Shown here one piece after another: positions 7,946 to 16,778 of a stretch of DNA of 36,412 nucleotides; position 1 is the first letter of the stretch; each line of letters begins with the position of its first letter. The stretch is from Tissierellaceae bacterium. Lineage in GTDB: Bacteria > Bacillota > Clostridia > Tissierellales > Tissierellaceae. The stretch is taken from positions 1 through 36,412 of the forward strand of contig JARICQ010000072.1 of the NCBI GenBank assembly GCA_029264075.1, in the 5' to 3' direction. The notes under the pieces are model-generated. The model made no database searches, was not told the DNA's origin, and saw nothing but the letters and a program-made list of their open reading frames with translations. A program made the position numbers and the translations under genes.

Positions 7946-10900
7946 TTAATTTATCTCTAGTTTATCATACTTTATATCTTCATCTCTATTGAAAGTATTT
8001 ATTTTTTCAATTAATTCTTTCAAGCTGCTTATGATGTCATCTTTGGGCCTAAATCTAATAGATGGATCCTCAGACAAATCAAATTTCAATCTTCTCATAT
8101 ATTGGCCTGACAGATAGTGTACTAGCTCTACTCCTATAGTAGGATTTGAATTAAGATCAAATTCCAGCAATATATCACCAGATTTTTGACTAATGGACTC
8201 TATGCCATTTTCACTTGCCATATGACGGATATAGGAAATATCTAACAGGTTCTCAACTTCCTCGGGAAGGTCTCCAAATCTATCTATTAGTTCATCTACT
8301 AGCTCCCTATAGTCCTCTATACTGGAAATAGAAGATATCTTCTTGTATACCTCTATCTTTTGCTCTTCATTTTCTATATATCTAGACCTTATATAACCAT
8401 CTACATTTAGGTCAACAGTAGTGTTTAATGATTCTTCTACTTTTTCACCCTTAAGTCTTTTGATTGCATCATTTAAAAACTTAACATAAAGATCATAGCC
8501 TATGGCATCCATATGCCCATGTTGTTTGAGACCAAGAAGATTTCCTGCGCCCCTTATCTCTAAATCTCTCATAGCTATTTTAAAGCCCGATCCAAATTCA
8601 GTGAACTCCTTGATAGCTCTTAGCCTTTTTTCAGCTACTTCTGATAGGACCTTGTTCTTTTGATAGGTGAAGTAGGCATAGGCAATCCTATTTGAACGCC
8701 CAACCCTTCCCCTCAGTTGATATAGTTGAGATAGTCCCATCTTGTCTGCATCGTGTATTATTATAGTGTTCACATTTGGAATATCTAGACCAGTCTCTAT
8801 TATAGTAGTGCATACAAGTACATCAATTTCTTTTTCTAGAAAATCTACCATTACATTTTCAAGCTGTCTTTCTCCCATTTGACCATGACCTATTCCAAAG
8901 CTCGCTTCAGGGACTAGATCCCTAAGCTTGGAAGTTATTTTATCTATTGATTCAACCCTATTATAGACATAATAGACCTGGCCTCCCCTTGCTATTTCTT
9001 TTAATAATGCATCTCTTATCATCTGTTCATTATACTCCACCACATAGCTTTGTACAGGATACCTCTCCTCTGGTGGATCCTCTATTACAGACATATCACG
9101 AACGCCCGATAGTGACATGTGAAGGGTTCTAGGGATAGGGGTAGCCGTCAAGGTCAAGACATCAATGTCTTCTTTAAAGGTCTTTAACTTTTCCTTGTGC
9201 TTTACCCCAAATCTTTGCTCCTCGTCTACTATCAATAGGCCCAGATCTTTAAATTTAACATCATCAGAAAGCAGCCTATGGGTCCCTATTACAATATCTA
9301 CCAGGCCCTTCCTTATGTTTTCTATGGTGAGCTTTTGCTTGCTCTTTTTTACAAATCTGCTTAAGGTCCCTATCTTGACTGGAAAATTTGAAAACCTCTC
9401 TACAATAGTATTGTAGTGTTGCTCGGCAAGTATGGTAGTCGGCACCAAAAATGCAACTTGTTTTCCATCAAGTATGGCCTTAAAGGCTGCCCTAAGTGCA
9501 ACTTCTGTTTTTCCATATCCCACATCTCCACATAGGAGCCTATCCATGGGTTTAGAACTCTGCATATCGCTCTTGATTTCTTCTACACTGTTATTTTGTC
9601 CTTCTGTTTCTTCATAAGGAAATAAATCTTCAAATTGACTTTGCCACTCATTGTCTTCTGAAAACTGAAAGCCATCATAGCTTTCACGCTTTGCATATAG
9701 CTCTAGAAGTTCCTTGGCCATATCCTCTACAGCAAGTTTTGCTCTTTCCTTTGTCTTAGCCCATTCTACGCTCGAAAGCTTGTTTACCTTGGGTTTTATA
9801 CTATCATTTCCAATATACTTTTGTACTAGGTGCATTTGATCAATTAAAACAAAGAGCTTATCTTGACCCCTATATCTAATGGTCAAATAATCCTTTTTTA
9901 CTCCCTGGATATCTATCCTCTCTACACCTTCATACCTTCCTATACCATGGTTTTCATGGACAACATAGTCTCCAACATTTAAATCTGACAAGCTGATAGC
10001 TTTTCCCCTTGATTTTTTCCTTTTTCTAGAGCTTTTCGCCTTTCCTGCTCCAAATATTTCCTTGTCGCTTATGACTACAAACTTAATATTTGGATATTCA
10101 AATCCACCAGCTATGCTTCCACTTGTTATAAAAACTTGGGAGGATTTAATAGCCTTATTTTTTTCTAGCTCAAATGAACTTTCAACTCCCATTTCATCTA
10201 GATTTTCCTTAAGTCTACGTCCACGCTCCTCAGTTCCAGAGAGCATGACAATCTTATATCCCCTGTATCTCAAGTTTTCCAGATCTTCTTTTAAGATATC
10301 AAGCTTATTGTGGTAGGACTGCATGCCCTTTACCGAAAAGTTATGTATCCCCTTTGGCTTAAAGGTATTGTCAGCACTTAAAATTGCACTATTTACTATT
10401 AGTTGCTTGTCCTCCATTTGAGATAATAGACTTTCATATGAATATGAAATCTTGATATGACTCTCTAGTAGCTCTCCAATGGAAAATAAATCTATAAATT
10501 TAAAGTTTAAATTCTCTTCTATTCCCCTTAGGCTCTCTTCAATCCTCTTAGGTTCATCCACAAAAACTATGGCATCCTCCTTTAAATATCCTATTATAGA
10601 ACTTAGGTATTCATCTGGTATATATGGAAGAAGTAGATTCCTATTAGAAATAAACAAATCTTCCTCCAGATAGTTTTTGTATTTATTGAATTTGTTATCT
10701 AGGGTTTCTCTTTCTTTTTTATTTAAATCCTCTTTAGACAGAGCCTTCTTCAAGTCCTTCTCTATTCCTTCTATTATTTCTTCCCTATATTCATCAAGGA
10801 CTAGTATTTCATTTGCAGGTATTATCCTAGCCCTATCCAATATATCTATAGACCGCTGGCTAAGGATGTCGAAGGTCCTTATAGAGTCTACTTCATTGTC

Positions 10901-11491
10901 AAAGAGCTCAATCCTGTAGGGATGTCTACTTTCAGGAGTGAAAAAATCTAATATTCCACCCCTCAAACTAAATTGTCCTATTCCCTCTACCATAGCCACT
11001 CTTTCATAGCCACTATAGACCAAGCTAGCTACAAATTTATCCAGATCTATCTCGCTTCCAAGACTTACTTGATAGGAATTCTCCTTAAAAATCCCTGGAC
11101 TCATATACTTATCTAGCAGGCTTTCTATATCAGCTACTACTATTGCCTTTTTATTAGATATCAACTTCGCTGCTATATTAATCCTTTCATTTGACCCTTC
11201 GTGGCTTGTAGCCTCTACATCATAGAAACTAAGCTCCCTTTTAGATAAGAGATAAACCTCTTCTGCCCCTAGCCCCTTTAAATCTTCATATATCTTTCTT
11301 GCACGCATCTCATTGTAGCTAAGTACTAGGACCTGCTCCTCCCTCTTATCCTCTATTGCATATACTGTGTGTGCCAAGCTCTCATCTATGATTCCAAAGC
11401 TAGCCAAAGGGCTTAAGGATTTATCTATATCAGCCATTAGCTCCTTAAAGGGCTTTAAATTTTTAATTGGGTCCAATAAAAAATTCTCCAT
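7946..11491 (-). CDS. mfd: transcription-repair coupling factor
   Basis: 1181 aa. It has a UvrB-homology N-terminus and a CarD/RNAP-interaction segment (GDYVVHENHGIGRYEG). The superfamily 2 translocase motifs are GDVGYGKTEVALRAA, DEEQRFGV, LTLTATPIPRT and QLRGRVGRS. A TRG region and C-terminal domain follow. Confidence 0.96.
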   Translation of the reverse strand: MENFLLDPIKNLKPFKELMADIDKSLSPLASFGIIDESLAHTVYAIEDKREEQVLVLSYNEMRARKIYEDLKGLGAEEVYLLSKRELSFYDVEATSHEGSNERINIAAKLISNKKAIVVADIESLLDKYMSPGIFKENSYQVSLGSEIDLDKFVASLVYSGYERVAMVEGIGQFSLRGGILDFFTPESRHPYRIELFDNEVDSIRTFDILSQRSIDILDRARIIPANEILVLDEYREEIIEGIEKDLKKALSKEDLNKKERETLDNKFNKYKNYLEEDLFISNRNLLLPYIPDEYLSSIIGYLKEDAIVFVDEPKRIEESLRGIEENLNFKFIDLFSIGELLESHIKISYSYESLLSQMEDKQLIVNSAILSADNTFKPKGIHNFSVKGMQSYHNKLDILKEDLENLRYRGYKIVMLSGTEERGRRLKENLDEMGVESSFELEKNKAIKSSQVFITSGSIAGGFEYPNIKFVVISDKEIFGAGKAKSSRKRKKSRGKAISLSDLNVGDYVVHENHGIGRYEGVERIDIQGVKKDYLTIRYRGQDKLFVLIDQMHLVQKYIGNDSIKPKVNKLSSVEWAKTKERAKLAVEDMAKELLELYAKRESYDGFQFSEDNEWQSQFEDLFPYEETEGQNNSVEEIKSDMQSSKPMDRLLCGDVGYGKTEVALRAAFKAILDGKQVAFLVPTTILAEQHYNTIVERFSNFPVKIGTLSRFVKKSKQKLTIENIRKGLVDIVIGTHRLLSDDVKFKDLGLLIVDEEQRFGVKHKEKLKTFKEDIDVLTLTATPIPRTLHMSLSGVRDMSVIEDPPEERYPVQSYVVEYNEQMIRDALLKEIARGGQVYYVYNRVESIDKITSKLRDLVPEASFGIGHGQMGERQLENVMVDFLEKEIDVLVCTTIIETGLDIPNVNTIIIHDADKMGLSQLYQLRGRVGRSNRIAYAYFTYQKNKVLSEVAEKRLRAIKEFTEFGSGFKIAMRDLEIRGAGNLLGLKQHGHMDAIGYDLYVKFLNDAIKRLKGEKVEESLNTTVDLNVDGYIRSRYIENEEQKIEVYKKISSISSIEDYRELVDELIDRFGDLPEEVENLLDISYIRHMASENGIESISQKSGDILLEFDLNSNPTIGVELVHYLSGQYMRRLKFDLSEDPSIRFRPKDDIISSLKELIEKINTFNRDEDIKYDKLEIN

Positions 11492-11526
11492 ATTTTCACC
11501 TCCATTTTAAACACCTAAAGCCCAGG

Positions 11527-12105
11527 TTAGTCCTGGGCTGGGCGTATCTTATTAAATTGATTCATTGAAGCTTCTATCCCATCCTTTAATATGGTCTCTA
11601 CAGCTTGTGCGCTATAGGTTAAAGTTTCTTCAATGATTTTTCTTTCATCTTTTGAAAACCTACTCAATACAAAGTCTGATAATTTTTGGCCCTGATATCT
11701 CTCTCCTATACCAATTTTTATACGTGGAAAATCTTGACTTCCAAGTAAGGCAATAATAGATTTAAGTCCATTGTGGGACCCAGCACTTCCTTTTTTTCTT
11801 ATCCTGATATCGGCAAAGTCAATATCGATATCATCTACTATTACTATTATGTCCTTTGGTTGGAGCTTGAAGAAATTTGCAATATCTCTTACTGTCTCCC
11901 CGCTATTATTCATATAGGTTTGAGGCTTTACCAAAATAACCTTTTCACCACTTATATTGCCTTCTCCATAAACAGCTTTAAATTTTATTTTATTGACCCT
12001 TATATTGTTTCTTTCTGCCAACAAATCTATGGTATCAAAGCCAACATTGTGCCTTGTATTTGCATAGGTCTTACCTGGATTTCCTAGACCTACTATTACA
12101 TGCAA
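11527..12105 (-). CDS. pth: peptidyl-tRNA hydrolase
   Basis: 192 aa. Signatures are VGLGNPG..Y..TRHNVGF and GSAGSHNGLKSI. The start is TTG at 12105 with SD AGGTGA 4 nt upstream, overlapping the prs stop. Confidence 0.93.
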   Translation of the reverse strand: MHVIVGLGNPGKTYANTRHNVGFDTIDLLAERNNIRVNKIKFKAVYGEGNISGEKVILVKPQTYMNNSGETVRDIANFFKLQPKDIIVIVDDIDIDFADIRIRKKGSAGSHNGLKSIIALLGSQDFPRIKIGIGERYQGQKLSDFVLSRFSKDERKIIEETLTYSAQAVETILKDGIEASMNQFNKIRPAQD

Positions 12106-12116
12106 AGTATCACCTT

Positions 12117-13073
12117 CTAATCTTTATCGTCAAATAATGTACTTACTGATTCATTGTTGTGAATCCTTCTAATTGCCTCTGCAAATAGAGGTGCAACTGT
12201 TATCACTTCTATTTTATCTATTCTCTTTTCATCTGTAAGATGTATGGTATCTGTAATTATAAACTTCTCCATGGCACTTTCTTCAATCCTTTCAATAGCC
12301 GGACCAGATAGTACCCCGTGGGTAGCACAGCCATAGACCTTCTTAGCTCCAAAGCTTTTAAGTGCAGACGCAGCCTTGGTGATAGTTCCCGCAGTATCAA
12401 CTATATCATCTACAAGTATAACATTTTTATCCTTTATATCTCCAATGACATTCATTACTTCTGCAATATTTGCCTTGGGCCTTCTCTTTTCTATGATGGC
12501 TATTGGGAGATCTAGTAGATGCGCAAAATTTCTAGCCCTAGTTACCCCACCTATATCAGGTGAAACTACAACCGTATCTTCTTTTGCAATGTCTTCAAAA
12601 TAATCTGCAAGATTTGGAACACCAGAGAGGTGATCTACAGGTATATTAAAATACCCTTGTATTTGAGCTGCATGCAAATCCATAGTAATCACCCTATCTG
12701 CTCCTGCAACAGTAAATAAATCTGCAACAAGCTTTGCAGTGATAGGCTCACGCGCCTTGGCCTTCCTATCTTGTCTTGCATATCCATAATAGGGAACTAC
12801 AGCATTTATTCTACCTGCAGAAGCTCTTTTACACGCATCTATCAAGATTAATGTCTCCATGAGATTGTGATTTACTGGGTCAGAGGTTGGCTGCACTATG
12901 AATACATCAATACCCCTTACTGTTTCTGCTATATTTACATTTATCTCACCATCACTAAAGGTTCCTAAATCACATATGCCTAAAGGTGCATCTAGTTCCT
13001 TGCATATTTTTTTTGCAAGGGACCTATTGGCATTACCAGAAAAGACCTTCATTCCACCTCTAAATAACTTCAT
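12117..13073 (-). CDS. prs: ribose-phosphate pyrophosphokinase (PRPP synthetase)
   Basis: 318 aa. Motifs are [29 protein letters not shown] and the PRPP loop [21 protein letters not shown] is 7 nt upstream of the ATG at 13073. Confidence 0.95.
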   Translation of the reverse strand: MKLFRGGMKVFSGNANRSLAKKICKELDAPLGICDLGTFSDGEINVNIAETVRGIDVFIVQPTSDPVNHNLMETLILIDACKRASAGRINAVVPYYGYARQDRKAKAREPITAKLVADLFTVAGADRVITMDLHAAQIQGYFNIPVDHLSGVPNLADYFEDIAKEDTVVVSPDIGGVTRARNFAHLLDLPIAIIEKRRPKANIAEVMNVIGDIKDKNVILVDDIVDTAGTITKAASALKSFGAKKVYGCATHGVLSGPAIERIEESAMEKFIITDTIHLTDEKRIDKIEVITVAPLFAEAIRRIHNNESVSTLFDDKD

Positions 13074-13097
13074 CCACTTTCCTCCTAAATTTTATCT

Positions 13098-14477
13098 CTA
13101 TTTTTTATAGCCCTTTTTTTCTACCCATCCTTCTTTATTTATCTGCTCAGTCCTAGCTATAGATAGTTCGCCTTCCTTTACTTCTTTGGTAATAGTTGAA
13201 CCAGCAGCTATATATCCCCAATCCTCAACATTTAAAGGTGCGACTAAACTGGAATTACTTCCTATAAAGGCATTGTCTCCAACCCTAGTTCTGAATTTCT
13301 CCCTACCATTGTAGTTGACAAAAACTACTCCGCACCCTATATTTACATTAGATCCTATATCTGCATCTCCTACATAGGACAAATGTCCTGCTTTTGAATT
13401 ATCTCCTAGAGTTGCATTTTTTATTTCAACAAAATTACCTATATTAATATTGCTCCCCAGGTGGCTATTGGGTCTCAAATGAGCATTTGGCCCTATTTTT
13501 GTTCCATCATCTACAAAGCTTTTCTCTATTAAAGAAGAGTCTATATTTACCGAGTTCATGATCTTGCTAGATTCAATCCTAGTGCCAGATCTAATGATAC
13601 AATCTTCACCTATCTCAGTCTCACCCTCAAGGCTTACACCTGGATGAATGATAGTATCTCTTCCTATCTTGACACCAGCTTCAATATAGGTATTGGATGG
13701 ATGGATTAGGGTTACTCCATTTTCCATATGATATTCATTGATCCTGCTTCTTAAGACTTCTTCACAAAATGCCATTTGAACCCTTGAATTGATTCCATTT
13801 ATTTCGACAGAATCTTCTATTAAGTAAGCACCTACCTTGTGTCCATCTCTTTTTAATATTTCAATTACATCTGTTATATAATACTCATTTTGAGCATTGT
13901 CAGCTGTAATCTTACTTAGAGCATCCTTGAGAAGTCTTCCATCAAAACAGTATATCCCAGAGTTGACTTCATCTATAAGCTTCTCAGATGGGCTTGCATC
14001 TCTATCTTCAACTATCTTTGAGATATGACCACCTTCATCCCTTACTATCCTACCGTATCCTTCTAGATCAGATAGTTTAGCTGTTAAGACTGTTCCCTTA
14101 AACTTGTTTTTCTTATGATATGATATCAAGCTCTCTATAGTAGTTGATTGAATAAGGGGAGTATCTCCATATAATATCACAACCGTGCTATTATCTTCTA
14201 TTTCATCAAGAGCCTGCATGACAGCATAGCCAGTCCCGTAAGGGAAATCTTCACCAATAGGCTGGCTTTTAAATATTATAGGCTCATCTTTAAAGTGTTC
14301 TCTTACCTCTTCTCCACTATGTCCAACTACTACGATATTTTTTTCTAGATTAGCAGCCTTGCTCTCATCTACTACATAGCTCAGTATAGTTTTCCCACAA
14401 AGTTTATGTAGGACCTTGGATTTCTTTGAGCGCATTCTACTTCCTTCTCCTGCTGCTAAAATAATTGCCATTTCCAT
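13098..14477 (-). CDS. glmU: bifunctional UDP-N-acetylglucosamine pyrophosphorylase / glucosamine-1-phosphate N-acetyltransferase
   Basis: 459 aa. The N-terminal nucleotidyltransferase motif is ILAAGEGSRMRSKKSKVLH. The C-terminal half is a left-handed beta-helix of hexapeptide repeats (IG.N..IG...). It holds the syntenic position upstream of prs. Confidence 0.95.
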   Translation of the reverse strand: MEMAIILAAGEGSRMRSKKSKVLHKLCGKTILSYVVDESKAANLEKNIVVVGHSGEEVREHFKDEPIIFKSQPIGEDFPYGTGYAVMQALDEIEDNSTVVILYGDTPLIQSTTIESLISYHKKNKFKGTVLTAKLSDLEGYGRIVRDEGGHISKIVEDRDASPSEKLIDEVNSGIYCFDGRLLKDALSKITADNAQNEYYITDVIEILKRDGHKVGAYLIEDSVEINGINSRVQMAFCEEVLRSRINEYHMENGVTLIHPSNTYIEAGVKIGRDTIIHPGVSLEGETEIGEDCIIRSGTRIESSKIMNSVNIDSSLIEKSFVDDGTKIGPNAHLRPNSHLGSNINIGNFVEIKNATLGDNSKAGHLSYVGDADIGSNVNIGCGVVFVNYNGREKFRTRVGDNAFIGSNSSLVAPLNVEDWGYIAAGSTITKEVKEGELSIARTEQINKEGWVEKKGYKK

Positions 14478-14621
14478 ATTTTCACCTCATTTAAAATATA
14501 TCCTATAAAGTAGGTCCCTATACTATTCTAACTTATTTTTATAATAAGTCCACTAATAATTCTATAATATGGGATATTTTCCTCAATATGGGCATAGAAA
14601 AAGCCCCCTAGGGGACCCTCT

Positions 14622-14966
14622 CTATAATATAAGTTCAACTTCTTCTTTTTCATCAGCTTCATCAGTTTCTTTGATTTCTTCAATTTTTTCCTCTTCAAGC
14701 TTTTCTTCTTCAGCTAAACTCTTCTCATACTCTTCAAAAATAGCCTGCTGGATTATCTCCCTGGTCTCCGAATTGATTGGATGAGCAATGTCTCTAAAGT
14801 CTCCATCTCCCATTCTTCTGCTAGGCATAGCTACAAACAAGCCATTTTGCCCATCAATTACCTTGATATCATGTACTACAAACTGATTGTCAAAGGTTAC
14901 TGAAACTATAGCCTTCATCTTTCCTTCCTGTGAGATTTTTCTCATTCTTACATCTGTGATCATCAT
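14622..14966 (-). CDS. spoVG: SpoVG family regulator
   Basis: 114 aa. ITDVRMRKI...[34 protein letters not shown]...[14 protein letters not shown] matches SpoVG. An acidic C-terminal tail follows. SD GAAGGTGA is 6 nt upstream. Confidence 0.93.
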   Translation of the reverse strand: MMITDVRMRKISQEGKMKAIVSVTFDNQFVVHDIKVIDGQNGLFVAMPSRRMGDGDFRDIAHPINSETREIIQQAIFEEYEKSLAEEEKLEEEKIEEIKETDEADEKEEVELIL

Positions 14967-15018
14967 TTTAGTTCACCTTCCCTTTAGTTTTATGTCAAAA
15001 GTATTTGTATTCTTATAT

Positions 15019-15046
15019 ATTCGACACCAAGATGGAAAAGTCCTTC
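15019..15046 (-). promoter_or_regulatory. candidate sigma-H-type promoter upstream of spoVG
   Basis: Minus strand: GAAGGACTT (15038-15046), a 12-nt spacer, then GTCGAAT (15019-15025). As I recall it, the Bacillus sigma-H consensus is RNAGGAWWW-(11-12)-RNNGAAT. The -10 lies about 53 nt upstream of the spoVG ATG. This is pattern match only. Confidence 0.3.
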
Positions 15047-15164
15047 TTTTTTGCAAAAGTTTTTTAAAGTATTTTTATATATCTTAGAAGCTAGGCATTC
15101 TAAGATATTTCAATGTGATATTTAGTCCCATATTAGATAAATCTCTTTAATTTTTCCTCTAATA

Positions 15165-15173
15165 TGATATAAT
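15165..15173 (+). promoter_or_regulatory. extended -10 promoter element (TGaTATAAT) for murC
   Basis: Reads ctaataTGaTATAATcat, about 100 nt upstream of the murC ATG. The -35 region is weak (TTTAAT/CTTTAA). Confidence 0.45.
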
Positions 15174-15274
15174 CATTAAATAGTAGTTTTAACTTTGAAA
15201 AACACAAGATTAAATTGATGATAAATAAAGAAAAATATAGCTATTAAGACGCATTATTAAATAGGAGGAGTTCC

Positions 15275-16678
15275 ATGTTTGAGTTTTCAATAGATAAAAA
15301 CAGTTATTCAAATGTTCATTTTATAGGTATAGGAGGCATATCTATGAGTGGGCTTGCAAAAATACTTTTAGACAATGGCTACAAGGTATCAGGTTCAGAT
15401 ACAAAAGACAGTGAAATTATAAAGAAATTAAAGGCTTTGGGTGCAGAAATCCACACAAGTCATTCAGCTGAAAATATAAATAATTCTGATCTAGTCATAT
15501 ATACAGATGCCATATCAGAGGATAATGAAGAATTAAGGAAAGCATTTAAACTCAATATACCTGTAGTTGATAGGGCTACATTTCTAGGTGCGCTTATGAA
15601 AAACTTTAAGAGTACAATAGCTGTATCAGGTACCCACGGAAAAACAACTACTACTAGTATGTTATCTACTATCTTAAATAGATCTGATTTGGACCCCACT
15701 ATACTTTTGGGTGGAGATTTGGACGAAATAGGCGGAAATATAAAACTTGGATCAAAGGATCTTCTCTTGACTGAAGCCTGTGAATACAAGGGTAATATAT
15801 TGAAATACTTTCCCAAGACATCTATTATTTTAAATATTGATGAGGACCATCTAGATTTTTTTGATGGAATAGACCATATAAAAGAAACTTTTGTTCAATA
15901 CGCAAGGAATCTTTCCAAGGACAGCCTACTTATTATCAATCTGGATGACCCAAATTCACAAGCAGTAATAGATGCTACATCAGCAAGTGTCCTTAGCTTT
16001 GGAATTTCACCTCATGCAGATTTTAGGGCTCAAAACATACGCTTCACCAAGGAGGGTTTCCCTTCCTATACTCTAAATTACAAGGACAAGGAGTTTTTCA
16101 ATATAGAACTTAGCGTAATGGGATCTCACAATATATATAACTCTATGGCAAGTGTCATAGCTGCAAAGAACGAAGGTCTCAATAAAGAGTTAATAGAAAA
16201 AAACATTAAAATATATAGCGGAGTCCACAGAAGATTGGAATTTAAAGGTTTCTACAATGGAGTAAAGATAATAGACGACTATGCACACCATCCTACTGAG
16301 ATAAAAACCAGTTTGCACTCAATTAGATTGTCTAAACCAGGAAAAATTTATTGTATATTCCAACCACACACCTATACCAGGACAAAACTTCTCTTTAAAA
16401 ACTTCTCTGAAGCCTTTGGCGATGCAGATAAGATAATCATCACTGATATCTATGCCGCTAGGGAAAAAGATAATGGAATGGTACACTCTAGGGACCTAAG
16501 CAAGGCTTTGACTGAAAAGGGATTGGATGCCAGCTACATTAAAAACTTTGAAGATATAGCTGATTACTTACATGACAATGCCGAGGAAAATGATGTCATA
16601 GTTACCATGGGAGCTGGGAGCATCTACTCCTTATCTGAGATCTTGTTAAATAAGGAAAAAGAAAAAGCTGCAGTATAA
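15275..16678 (+). CDS. murC: UDP-N-acetylmuramate--L-alanine ligase
   Basis: 467 aa. It has HFIGIGGISMSGLAKIL and the Mur ligase P-loop VSGTHGKTTTTSM. It also has DDYAHHPTEI and a C-terminal domain ending VTMGAG. SD AGGAGG is 6 nt upstream. Confidence 0.95.
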   Translation: MFEFSIDKNSYSNVHFIGIGGISMSGLAKILLDNGYKVSGSDTKDSEIIKKLKALGAEIHTSHSAENINNSDLVIYTDAISEDNEELRKAFKLNIPVVDRATFLGALMKNFKSTIAVSGTHGKTTTTSMLSTILNRSDLDPTILLGGDLDEIGGNIKLGSKDLLLTEACEYKGNILKYFPKTSIILNIDEDHLDFFDGIDHIKETFVQYARNLSKDSLLIINLDDPNSQAVIDATSASVLSFGISPHADFRAQNIRFTKEGFPSYTLNYKDKEFFNIELSVMGSHNIYNSMASVIAAKNEGLNKELIEKNIKIYSGVHRRLEFKGFYNGVKIIDDYAHHPTEIKTSLHSIRLSKPGKIYCIFQPHTYTRTKLLFKNFSEAFGDADKIIITDIYAAREKDNGMVHSRDLSKALTEKGLDASYIKNFEDIADYLHDNAEENDVIVTMGAGSIYSLSEILLNKEKEKAAV

Positions 16679-16725
16679 AAATACAGTTAATATATGGTTA
16701 ATATAAAAAAATATAAGAAAAAATA

Positions 16726-16771
16726 AAATAATGGATAGAAACTAGATAAGTATTGTTTCTATCCATTATTT
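16726..16771. terminator. bidirectional terminator between convergent murC and hbd
   Basis: Perfect 17-bp inverted repeat AAATAATGGATAGAAAC (16726-16742) / GTTTCTATCCATTATTT (16755-16771) with a 12-nt loop. The flanks are T-rich on both strands. Confidence 0.75.
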
Positions 16772-16778
16772 CAAATGA

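Noticed and set aside
14598-14620. CCCCTAGGGG palindrome with an adjacent T-run on the minus strand, considered as a spoVG terminator.
   Set aside because: Only 3-4 bp can pair once a viable loop is allowed, which is too weak to call. spoVG may read through into glmU or terminate inefficiently here.
14569-14784. 71-aa plus-strand ORF spanning the spoVG 3' end and the spoVG-glmU spacer.
   Set aside because: It is antisense to spoVG, with a Ser-rich low-complexity translation and no SD.
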